DNA of 64,000 nt from Chrysomallon squamiferum (taxonomy: Eukaryota; Animalia; Mollusca): NCBI GenBank assembly GCA_012295275.1, contig CM022669.1:13268001-13332000 (forward strand). The letters are read 5' to 3'. A program made the translations under genes and the position numbers. A model generated the notes under the pieces. The model was not told the DNA's origin. It saw only the letters and a list, made by a program, of their open reading frames with translations, and made no database searches. Within the stretch, counting starts at the first letter, position 1, and each line of letters begins with the position of its first letter. Positions 1 through 13,600 of the stretch are shown in pieces.

Positions 1-3000
1 CATTCTTAGCATGGCTGTGGGAATGTGCCACATGTTTTTGGAAAGACACTCAAACAGCTGAGTGACAACCTGCAGATTGATTAATATGACGTACAGAACT
101 AACTATATTACTATGATAATTTATTGTTACTGTTGTTCTTTTATTATTATTATTATAATCACCATGATGGTTAAAATAAAAATGTTTTACCTAAATATTA
201 ATTACTAGTATGTTTACAATAATATGAATAACAAATTCTTTTGATTTCAGAGAATTATTATCATAGATATCTTTATCTTAATTATTACTCAAAAAAATAC
301 TGAAACTGATAATTCTTTTTAACAAAAAAAAAACAACTTTTTTTTATTTGTTAAAATTATCATTACAGATCTCTTATCTTAATTATTCCTCACAAAACTG
401 ATAATTTTTTTTTTTTGATAAGACCTAAAGAACAAACCTTTTCCTTGTATTCTTCATCTTCATCAACACTAACTGAAGGGAGAACAGTCTCCAACAAAAA
501 CAGAGACAGAAGCCGAGTTCTCAGATTACAGAAATTGGGAAAACCTGAAACATTACCATAATATATATATATATATATACTCAATTTTCATATTAAATGA
601 GACTTCTTCTCATACAGAAAGGAATATAATTATCATAAACACTATGATAAACAAAAAATAAATGCATATTATAACAGATGTGTCTTTAAAAGAATTGCAG
701 GTTGAAAATGTAATTTAAAAATAATTAAATGCAGTGTGTTTTTCTTGTTTTTATTTTAGTTTCTTTATTATTATTTTTTAAATATCAAATCAATTTGAAC
801 ATTCATACAAATTTAGTTCAAAAACATTTTTTTTTTTTTAACAGTTTTGCATCAGTGTTATTATTATATGTATTATTGTATGTATTATTATTTATTTACA
901 TTAACTGCTGACAATGAAGAGTAATATTAAAGATCCAGATTTGAAAATAGTCCCTATAGTTACCCTCATTGCTGGTGCCACAAGCTATTGACAGAAGTGC
1001 AGTGACCCAGTTTTCTGTTGTCAGCTTCTGCTGTATTGCAGTGCATGCTGCAGTTCTACGTAGATAAACCAGGAAATCTCCAACAGCAGTCTCCCCATTT
1101 GGAATACCACCTGTATCACCATCTGTATGTAAAAACATTTCAGTAATGTAAAAGAAATTTCCATGCTAGTAAGAACAATAAAGAAACTGGTAAACAATAA
1201 ACCAGGAAATCTCTGACAGCACTCTCCCCATTGGGAATACCACATGTGTCAGCATCTGCATGGAAAAAGATTTCAGTTTAAATGACTTGGCTATGAAATG
1301 TTATAATGAATGTTTTATATTCATCTCTTATGCAAAACAAATTTCCGTGCTGGTAAGAACAATAAAGAAACTGGTAACCAGTACACCAGGAAATCTCCAA
1401 CAGCAGTCTCCCCATTTGGAATGCCACCTGTTTCTCCATCTACATTTAAAAAGGTTTCAGTTTAAATGAAACTGTGGCTATGAAATGTTATAACAAATGT
1501 TCCATATCCATCTTATATGTAAAAGAAATTTCCATGCTAATAAGAACAATAAAGAAACTGATAGCTGATAAACCAGGAAATCTCTGACAACAATCTCCCC
1601 AATGGGAATATCACCTGCATGGAAAAAGACTTGAGTTTTAAAGAAATCTTAGCTATGAAATATTATAATGATAATTTCATGTCCATTTTCCATGTAAAAG
1701 AAATTCCTAAGAACAGTCAAGAAACTGAGACACATGAAATTTACCCAGTGAATGAGCAGCCCAGATTTGTTTTTCCTCCATCTGCTGACAAGCAACTTTG
1801 AGATGATTCTGTAGTTGATTCCACAGCAGGTCAATGATGGACTGGACCACACCAAAACTCAAACGATCTGCATATGTTCTGTACATAAGTAAAACAAATC
1901 AAATTATATTATATTCTACAGTCTTGTATACAGTGGATAATCTCTGCCAAATGTTTCACAACAGACTACACCAAAACTCAAACAATCTGCATATGTTCTG
2001 TCCAGAAAAATAGAACAAAGAAATTTATATTATATTCTAAAGTCTTGCACAGTTGATAATGTCTGCCATTATGTCAGCCATTACAAAACATAAAACAACA
2101 ATAATAATAATAATGTGCAGTACATATCACATACCAGTTTTAAAATATCAACATCTGTTAGTAACTCAAGTGTGAAAATCAAAATATTAAAAGCCTGGAT
2201 TAAAAATAACTAATACTAATAGAGTTTAAACTAGTTCAGAGTCAGCATCAAAATATTGATGTCTTTATTAAACATAAAACAGTAACAATGTTACTAGACT
2301 GTAACAAAGTAATCTAACAATTGTTAACCTAATACTAACAGTGTTACCTGACAGTAACAATCTGTAACATGAGAGTAACAATCTGTAATATGAGAATAAC
2401 AATCTGTAACCTGAGTGCAATGTGTAACCTCATTGTAACAATATGTAACCTCACTCTAAGAATGTAATCTGATGTAACAATGTGTAACTTGGCTGTAACA
2501 AAGTGTAACTTGACTGTAGCAGTGTAACTTGACTGTAATGTGTAACCTGACTGTAACAAGACTGTAACAATGCATAACGTGACTGTAACAATGTGTAACT
2601 TGAGTGTAACAATGTGTAACCTGACTGTAAAACAATGTGTAACAAGACTGTAACAATGAGTAACCTACCCGACGGTGACAGCAATGACTTGCAGGAGACG
2701 GTAACTGGACACTTGAAGGATGGTTTCTGTGTCCTGCGCTGACAAAGAGTCTCGTGCGGGTAGCATTGTGTACGGGTACATGGTCGCGTCCTGACTCAGG
2801 TCAAACAGAGCTGGGAGTAGTCCGCACGACACAGCGAGGGAAACATCGGCAGGCTGGTACTTCACACTCAGCGCAAACACACACGACAGCAGCAAATGTA
2901 TGTTAGCATCTAATAATTAAAAAATTCAAATTAAATAAAATTTTAAAAATTAAAAAAATTAAATACAATTAACCAAATAAATCAAATAAATTTTTTTTAA

Positions 3001-6000
3001 ATACAATTTAAATTAAATAAATTAAATAAAATTAAACAGTTCAAAAATTAACAGTAAAATTAAATAAAAACGATAAAAGATTGTCTGCATCCTTCAACAT
3101 CTGTCGCACAAACAAAATTAAGTTAATATAAAAAATAATTATAATAAACAAGAGATCATTACAGAGATATCATTATCTTTCATGTGAAAAAATTAATTAC
3201 CAGAACTGTGTTTTGTGTCAAGCAGAGAGGCAACCAGAGCCTCATATATCCTGTGAACAACCAACTGTATTTCTTGTTGAGTCTGTGACCTGGCAACTTT
3301 AATAGAATCCTAGTAAAAAATAATGTAAAAATACATATATATATGTGTGTGTGTTAACACTATGCTTAGTTTAACAAAATTTGTTGTATATGCTTTTCAC
3401 CTATGGGAAGGTGCAAACAAAATATTCCTTTCTGCTGTGTGATAAGAGTAGCCCATGAAGTTACAGCAGCAGCTTTCCATTATTAAATCAACATTAAAAT
3501 GTAAAAATGTGTTAAAAATAATAAATAATTACACAACTATATTTTTAATCTTAAATCTGAAAGCAGAATAATCAGCCGAAAGCGATGTAGCATATGAACA
3601 TTGGGTAAGAAACAACTGAATAGCAAACCTAGTAACCATATAATATTAGGTTTAATTTTATTTTTGGTTCTACTTTTAATCTTAAAAGCAAAACCACACA
3701 TACAACAATTACCTGATAATGATACAGCTGAGTGGTTGTGTGGAGTCCTTCAGATGGCAGCACCAACAGTCCGAAGCATCCTGCAAGAAGCTGCAGATGC
3801 GCCGATGTCAGGAGAGTGGTTGATGTAGGACTTCTGTCATCGAGGTTTGCTTTATCTTTCCAAGTTGTTAACAGTGAAACAATCTGATTGAGGGCTTCGA
3901 GACGAGACTAAAATATCAGTGAAAGATTGTTACACTATCATTAGAGAGAAAAAGGTCCAGAAAGATCTCTACATTTTTAAGGGGAAAACAAAAATTAAAA
4001 TTAATAAGATTTCAATTATTGTCTGTATACTACTAAATATCTGACTCAGATACAATATTAAAACAATCAGAGGGATTAAACAAGGTTATCAAAATAATCA
4101 AACATAAAATGGTATAATAGTACATAGAAATATAATGAGGAGAAAATGGTATTCCTTTTTGTTTTGTTTTTTTGGTAGGAGTATCTATTTAAAAACAAGT
4201 TGTTTTGCTTACTTATCTAGCTGTACAAAACAGCCAACTTAATTCAGAAACTAAATCAAGATTATTAAAGAAAACACAGAAACGTTCATTTAACCAACTA
4301 CTTTATTTTTTCTAACGAGAAATCTATAACAAACATTAATCTTAAAAAGAAAACTTAAAAAAAAAAAAATAGTTTTGGAAAGAAACAAGGATTTAACAAG
4401 GATTGTTGTAAAAATAAATTTGCAGCCAGTTTCATTTCATAAAAAAAAAAAAAAAAAAAGCAAGAAAAGCAACGACATTTCATCCATATTAGTTTTAAAA
4501 GAACAAATATCTCATTAACCGACCTCGGCTCTTTCTTGCTGAGTTTCCATGGCTTTGCCGATGACGTGAGTATCGACTCTGTAAACAGGTCCCGTGTCTG
4601 TCAGTGTGGACAGCTGATCACCTCCAACAAACCTCTCTATGTGCAGGGTCAGGGCGTGAGCCGAGGAACTCTGGTTTTCAAACTCTTTCGACATTGAGAT
4701 CATATTTTCCATTCTTTCTCGTCGCCACCGCAAGCGACGAAGAGCCTCTTTTGCCATCTGCAATGTGCTGAAGTTAGAACCTACGAAAAATTGTACAGGT
4801 TTAATTTGTAACCATTTATGGGTGAAGGTTTCATAATTCGTAAGTATTCAAATGTTACTGAAAAAGGGGAATAAGTTTTAAGATTTATTTAGTGGCTTTA
4901 AACAATATTGATGATACTATTAAATACAAATTTAATTTATAATCATCGTCAGTCCAGGTTGCATAATCCTGAAGTTTTAAAATGTCATATTAAAAATGAA
5001 TTTTGAATATATTTTAAGATTTATTTAATGGATTATAAACAACCCGTGGTGATTATAATACATATAAAGTTAATTCATATGAAATAAGTAATGTTGATTT
5101 TTTAATACTGTGGGTTTTTTTTTCATTTACCAACTTGTCTTCTTTGGTTAGGTCGGAATGTAGGTGTAACAATACCCTGCTCACTTTGTCTTTGAATTCC
5201 TTCAGTCTGAAATATCAGAATTTTAAAATCTCAGAAACATAAATAACATATTAGCAGAGCTAACAAGATTCACTTTTGTTTTTCAGATTCCAAACAATTC
5301 AAAGTAGTTTATACCTCAGGTACTGTAAAATTTAAATAAATATTTCAAACAACTGAATGATATATTTCAAAAATATAAATAACACATTATTCTAATAAAC
5401 TGTCTAATCTGATTTGAAGATTATCATTAAATTTTAATTTCTTTTAACATATGTTTTTGTTTTAAAGTTTACCTGGAAGTCAGATGAAAACAGATCTGGA
5501 AAACTTCCCCTTCTCAATAGCTGTCTGTCCTTCTTCAACTGTCCCACATCAACATCTGAAACAAACAACAAAATCTTTGTGATTTATTCTGTTACAATAT
5601 ATCAGTGATGAAGTTATACAATCTTAGCTAACAGATCACAGTATTATCATTTTAAAATGTAAAAAAAGAAATGTACTGTAACACATGCATCAAATTCACA
5701 ACTACAAAAAAAGAAAAATGAATGACAATAATGTATAAAATGCACCTTCATTTACAGCTACCATACCAAAAGTGTGTTTAGTGACAAAAATATTTATAAA
5801 TCTTATTTGAAAGTGTAACAAACATTGTAAAACTGATTTTTATATAATTTATTTTACTATTTATATACTCCTTAATAAAACTAATAATAATAATTAAAAC
5901 TACTGTATTTCACATAGCTAACCTTTATCCAGCTCCAGAGAACTATGAGCATCCATGTTCATTTTGCTTGTTATTGACTGTTCGTCATCTGGAAATATAA

Positions 6001-6716
6001 ATATTTAAAATAAATTAACAAACATTTCAAAGTTTGACATTATTAGTGATAGACTATTTAAAAATAGCTTAATAAAAATAAATCTCTTAAAAAAGAGACT
6101 TACAAAGAAAGACATGATTTCACTGAATTTTATAGCAATGTTTTTAAAACATTATAAGAATTTTCTAGTAATCTTTTATTTTTATAATTTAACCTCTAGT
6201 ATTTTAAAATACAAGTATTTCTAGAGAAGAAACCTAAAGTGGACACTACATGAATAATAATAATAATGATAATAATTAGTTCTCTGTATTATTATTCTTT
6301 TATTAACTGATTCTAATATTTAGTCACTAAGAAAGGTAAAAATCAGATGACAGAAGAATTTGAGATATGTATTAGCACTTCCAGCAAACAAATTATTTCA
6401 AAGAAAAGCGTGATCTAATGACTGATAAAACAAATTATTAAAAATACATAACAACCTCCGAACGCCTTGACTCCCAGCAGTAAGAATGCACATCTCTGTA
6501 TGACAGACTGACACAGGTCTTCGTACGTAATATTTTTTGTTTCTCTTTTCTTCGATATTTTAATCTTTTCTGTATCATCTGCAAAGGAATTTTTACCAGT
6601 TAAAAACATTCTTCAAGTGAAATTCTATACATACATGAACATACACCAACATCGCATGAAAATAAATAGTTTTATATGACATGGAATAGACACACACACA
6701 CAGACACACAGACACA

Positions 6717-6766
<50 letters not shown>

Positions 6767-7344
6767 GAGCACACAAAAACACACACCTCTATTCACACAT
6801 ACAATATCAGATTACAGAAAAAAGTGGACTCCAAACTAACAATTACAAACCTTCAGAATCGATTCGAGTTTGATCTGAGTATTCATTATCTTCTGTTATG
6901 TCATGGCCTGATTCTCCAAGCTCAAAATCAGATATTTTCCTCATGGGGCTGGTGTCACTTTTAGTCTGGGAGGAGCTGCCTGGCTGCTTGAACGACAAAA
7001 CTTTGCTGCGCAGCTGATACACATTGTAATACACAGCAGCCAACCTCTTTGTGGGTCTGAATAATAATAATAATTAAAAAAAAAAACATAGTGATCATCA
7101 TAAAACTGACTTTACCTGTAATTTACAATAAAAAATAATAAAAATAATAATAATAATAATAATAATTTTAAAAATCTGTTGATCTAAATGTAAGATGAAA
7201 TTTTCAGAAGTGATTTCTAACTCTTTCAAATTATTAACTAGAATTTAATTTTTTATAATTATTTTTTTTATTTCTCCATTATGTACACATGCATGTGCAT
7301 GCTAACACACACATACACTAAAATAACTTGTCAAATTCATTGAA

Positions 7345-7378
<34 letters not shown>

Positions 7379-7594
7379 ATGATACATACACATAAACATA
7401 TACATTTACATTATGATAACTGAAGAGAATTAATTTCAGTTAATTACAGGTTAACAAAGGATTACAGAAATGCCTCACCATTTATACTGGATCTCATTAT
7501 AGCAAATATCTTCAAAAAAATAAAAACTACTATTTTAAATCTGTGAAGGCTCCAACATCATTGATTTAAATGAAACAATATACATGTTTTACAT

Positions 7595-7638
<44 letters not shown>

Positions 7639-10600
7639 TGAAATGTTCTGCCTACTTTTCTCCTTCTAAAGCTTCCTTGGTTAAGTTGAGATGTTTAAGC
7701 AGAGCAGCTAAGTAGAATCTCCCCACAGTGTCCAGCAGAGGCTCTTCCTGCAGGTCACTAGTATCCAGATCTGTCAAATAAAACACTAAAATGATTTTAC
7801 AACTTACAGAACATACAACATACATTTAGTTAAAGGCATCATTTGCAATGCATCTGTCAAATAAATCAGCTAAAATGATTTTAAGATTAATATAAAATAA
7901 ATTTAGGTAAAGACATTAACAGTATCTTGATCTGTCAAATAAAACAGCTAAAATGATTTTAAGATTAATATAAAATAAATTCAGGTAAAGACATTACTAG
8001 TATCTTGATCTGTCAAATAAAACAGCTAAAAAGATTTTAAGATTGATATAAAATAAATTTAGGTTGAGGCATCTTGTAATATCCAGTTTTAATATTTACA
8101 GAACATACAATATATATATTTTTTTAAATGATCATTAGTATCCAGATCTGCTAAAATAAGAATCATACAAAACAAATTTAAGAAAGAGGTTTTTGTTCTA
8201 TTTGAAGTACAGAAGAATTATGTTATCAAAGTTTTTTTTTTAAATCATTGTTTTAACCTGTCCTTTATAGTTTGTATAAAAAAAAATAAAAATCAATTCA
8301 AATCAAATTTAAAAAACAAAGATATGCACTGTTTACTATTTATGAAATGAATGGTGAGAAAATGAAATATTTTACCGTGATTTTCAGCGTAGTCAACCAT
8401 CATTCCAAGAGCTCGCTGGACGGATTCAGTCTGTGCTCCCATCGCCAGGTCAAGAAGCATCACAGTGGCTGGATCAAGATTCATGTCAAAACTTCCATAA
8501 CATCGGCCAGCTCCGGACTCTATGTAGTAGTCAAATATTCCCTTGGAAATCTTTTCTGAGAAACATAAATACAGAGGTATTTAGAACAAAAGATTTGATA
8601 GTAGTCAAATATCCCCTTGGAAATCTTTTCTGAGAAATATAAATACAGAGGTATTTAGAACAAAAGATTTGATAGTAGTCAAATATTCCCTTGGAAATCT
8701 TTTCTGAGAAACATAAATACAGAGCTATTTAGAACAACAGATTTGATAGTAGTCAAATATTACCTTGGAAATCTTTTCTGAGAAATATAAAAGGAGAGGT
8801 ATTTAGAAGAAGAGATTTAATAAGAGATGCAGTTTGAGATAAAAGAATTCTTAGAGGTGCTGAATGTTAAAAATATTTCTAACAGCCAAAACAAACTTTG
8901 GAAATAAATAGAAGCCATTATATACATTTTAGAGAAAAAACATTGTTTATATTGGATACTCTTTATCTGAAAACAAATTAAAATAAATTTTCCAAAAGCA
9001 AAGATTAAAGAACAAACATGTACATTTTTAATAGCTTTATAAATATGTCAAACAAGCCTGGCATAAATTTTGAAGCCCTTATAAATGCAATCCAAAAGAA
9101 ATAAGGAATTAAAGAAAATATTAAAATCTGCCGTGGTTATTTATTATTTCATTTCAGATACCTATATATAAATATATAAACATTACAAAGATGAACATAC
9201 TATCTAATGACCTTGTAATTTCATGATTTTAACACTTAGTAAAAACTGATAATACATCTTTTTTCTAATATAACTGCACAGGATACAAAGTAAATCGTAG
9301 TTCTTACCAAACTGACTGTAAGACATCTCCAAGCCATTGCTGAGTAGTGAACTCTGTAACCACAGTGTACACTTCCTCTCCTCTGTGGTTTCTGGTGGTC
9401 CGAGTAACATCTGACCGATACTGGTACCAACCACTAGAGAACAGGCGCGCTCCATGTCCACCAGCCACACCCACTGACAGTCGTGTTGGAATTCTGTCAA
9501 ATACAATGTAAGTTCATGACTGGTATCAGTCTCTGACACTTCAGAGTGCTTTTCTAAAAATAAAAAGGCATTGCCCACTCTTCTTTCTACTTACCTCCCT
9601 TGGTTTACAATGAACATGTGAATGGTATGCTTTATATCAGTGGTAAAAAAAATTAAAATGGTTTTATTGGACAAGCTGAAAATCAGCTATGTTTTATCAG
9701 ATTTTTTCTTTTTTATCTGCTTAAGAGTCATAAAAAAGTAAACTGTAGCAAAATATCAAGGAAAACTTTTTATTTGAATTCACAACCACATCTTTAAATA
9801 CCCATCCATTTTTAATTTCATCTTTTTCTTTTCTATTTTTTTTTTTTAAATTAACTATTTTAATAAAAAAAATGGTTGAGAGCAAATCATCAAATTAATT
9901 AATTCAGAAGGATGTGTACAACATCTACCATCACAGCAGAAAACAGGTATTTAAATCTTCCAGGCACTAAACAGTTAATACCTTGCTGGGGATTTAGTTC
10001 TATTTCTTCCAGTGTCTGAATATTTGGCAGAACTTTGCACAGTCTGTCAATGCAGGTGAGTAATCCCAGGATGTCTTGCAGCAGAAAGGATACCTGGTCA
10101 CTGGGCATCACCAGCATCCAGTGGAGAACGTGCAGAAGCATTCCACCAACAGGACACGCAAGAAGGATATCTGAAAATAAAAAATAAAATTTATTTTTTA
10201 ATTTATTTGTATGTTGCTTCCCCTGGTATTCATCATTTTATGCATGTACAGAAATAATAGTTGCTGCACAGATTCACAAACAAACATACACATACACATA
10301 TAAACACACACACTCTCATACATTCACACACAAACAGATAGATGCACTCACATATACATACACACCCTGATATACACATATAATGTTATTTTCATCCCCA
10401 CAACATAATTAAAATTTGTTTGTTTAATCTAAGGCTTGGCTCTTAAATAAAGAAAACTGAATTAACAATTATCTGTGAAACATTATTATATTTATAGTTA
10501 ATCATGAAGAAAGTAATGATGTTTCCTGATAAATACGGTTCTTAGATTATTAACAGTATGATACACAATTTGAACACTCACACTACAATGAACTAACATA

Positions 10601-13600
10601 TTTCAATAGCTGTTATTCTTCAATGTTTTCCAAAAGTAGTTATAATGCCAGAATCATTTTTGATTAAACCATTTTGAATATCTGATCAGAATAACATTCT
10701 CCAACAGATGACTGTATGTTGTAAAAAATGTGAAATTAAATATCTTATTTGAATAAATTCTCCACAGATCATTCTATGCTGTAAAAGTTTGAGACAAATG
10801 TGTGATCTGAATGACATTCTCCAACAGATCACTGCATTTTTGACAATTAGGTCATTATGAAAGGAAATATTTAAAATCAGTGTACCTTCAATGCTTTCCC
10901 ACAGATTGGGTACATTGGACAGATTCTGTACAATCTGTGTTGTCTGTGTGAAGATTTCCCCACACATTGACAACAGAAGTGAGAGATGTGTGTTCAGGTG
11001 ATTCAACACAGGCTCAATCTGAAAAAAATATAAATTTTTAATTTTAAATACAATATATATATATACATGCACACACATATATTATATATATTCATTCCAT
11101 ATTATTCATTTTAAAAATTTATATGATTTCCACATTACCAATTTTAAATAAAGAACAATAATTCAAATAACAGTAAAAAGCCTTAAGATTCCATAATATA
11201 CTATGTTAATTAATTTGTTTTATTTATTATTATTGTTTTTTTTTTTTTTGACAAACAGTTATAAAATCATTACATAACCAGTTATATAACCTAAAAGAGA
11301 AAAACATGCCAATTTTATTTACTTTATCTTCCACTTAGTCCATAAACATAAACAAATTTTGGTATTATTATATCTGCCTGCATGATCTATAACAGAATAC
11401 AGTTTTTACCATAGTGGCATTGTCTGATGATTTGGTAAAACAGAAGGCCAGTAGATGTTTCTGTAATGAAGACAGTAGTGTGTGTAGATGAGATGGAGGT
11501 GATGCTTCAGCACAGTTCTTTGGTAAACTGCCTCCATTGCTTTCAAATGCTATGAGAACTTTCTCCTGTAAGAAAAAAACAGAAACAGATTTTTAAAGTC
11601 ATTAATACATGCTTATTCAGTGTATTGTGTTTTAATAGGATGATCAATGAAGATGAATATATTTTACGTTACAAAAATGTGGGTTGGTTTTGGGAAGTAC
11701 AAAATTTTTATATTTGCAATTTATTTAAAATATTACATGCTCAACTTAGTAAACAAAAAAAAGGAAAAATTTAACAAAATGGGAATTAAAATAAATTATA
11801 AATATATATCAACAACAGTTAAATAAAACACATAAAAAATATTTATATCTATTTGATGTATCTGAAAAAATATCATAATATTTTCAGGATGTGAAATTTT
11901 TTTTTATTTAAAAATGTATGCTAAATTATTTTTCATAGTATGTAATTTTATTTATAAATGTTACTTTTCACTTAAACAAATTTGCAGATATATCTTGAAG
12001 AAACAAATTCCACCATTTTATGTTATACAAATTATTTTCTGGCTTACATAAATCAATAAATCTGCCATGATGAGTAACTATTACCGATGTTTGCCTGTTT
12101 CTGTAACAAACAAAATTTTCAACTACTTACAGTGTGACAAGTCAGGTTTCTCAGAATAGTCTTCATGAGCAACTCAGCAAGCCAGAGTTTGTCCCCTGCC
12201 TCCTTACAGCTGAGCAACGCAGGCAGACCAAGCACCCCAGCGATGGCCTGGTCGTCATGGAGACTGGTAAGGATAATGTCCAGCTGCATTCTCTGACAAC
12301 AACAACAGTTTTAAATTTAGTTGATTTTAATTTAGTTTATTTTGTATTTTCTGATATATTCAATCTTTTTCAAAAAAACATATATTTGTATTAATACATT
12401 TCAAGTTCAGTATATTCTTTATTTTGTAGTAAATCCATTTTTTTTTTTATAAAAAAAGGTATTTTTAACAAAGATAGAAACCATTTGAAAGAATCTTTGC
12501 AAAACTGGTGAAATAAGTTTTGTATTTTTACAATTTTTTATTTTTATTATTGTTTTTAAACGGATGAGATCAAAATACTAATTTATTATCAACAAGATTT
12601 CTTCATATGTTACATCTAGACATATATGCCAAAGATTCATGAAATCTGTTCTGTAAGATACATGTAAAATGTGCAACATTTACAAAAAATATAGAGTTGA
12701 TTAAATAATACGCTATATATAATTATCATTAATTTGTTCACTTTCAGTCAAATAATGAATTACATAATTTATACAAATTCTTTCATATTCATTTATATTA
12801 GAATTCTGAACTTTATTAAACTGTTCAGTTTTATCAGAAATGAGACTTTCAGTCATCCACAGACATACCTGCCCCTTGGTCAAACTCTCCCAGCAACCTG
12901 GTCCTTGAGGTAGCAAGGAATGAAGCAGTTCCATCCTTTCTCTCAGTGGAGGCAGCAAGAGAGGTGCTCCGATAGAAAGTGTGTCTCCTACAGCCTGGAA
13001 AGATGAAAACAACATACCAGAAATGTTATACAGATAGAAAGACAGACAGCAAGATGGATAGACAGATAGATAGAAAGGTAGATAAATAGATAGATAGATA
13101 TTTAGATAGAAGAGATAGACAGACAGACAAACAGATATAGATAGATAGAAACAAACATGAGATAGACAAGATAGATAGACAGACAGATAAATAGATAGAT
13201 AGATAGATAGATATAGAGATAGGCAGACAGACACAGGTAGATAGGTAGGTAGATATGCAGGCAGACATAGAGATAGACAGATACAGAGATAGATAGACAA
13301 CCAGGTATAGAGAGATAGATAGATAGATAGAGATAGGCAGACAGACAAAGGTAGATAGGTAGGTAGACATACAGGCAGACAGATGGATAGAGAGATAGCT
13401 AAATAGATAGATATATGTAGATATTTTTTAGTTTTCAGACTGGCTCCAAGATTAAAATACAGAGACATTTTTTTAAATATATAACTCAAACATAACGGAT
13501 CATGATTACTGTATCTTCAACATAAAATATGATGTAACATAAAATAATGTAAATTAATTATATGCTTTTATAGAAGAAAAAATAAAATGAATGAAATGTA

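Noticed and set aside
2344-2684. Three overlapping repetitive ORFs
   Set aside because: Intronic minisatellite read-through
8525-8820. Regularly spaced repeats resembling a CRISPR array
   Set aside because: Whole 74-bp unit repeats with no unique spacers; eukaryotic intron, no cas genes
12713-13489. 258-aa and 114-aa LSIY-rich ORFs
   Set aside because: Translation of a GATA/GACA microsatellite; only 12994-12869 is a real HERC1 exon
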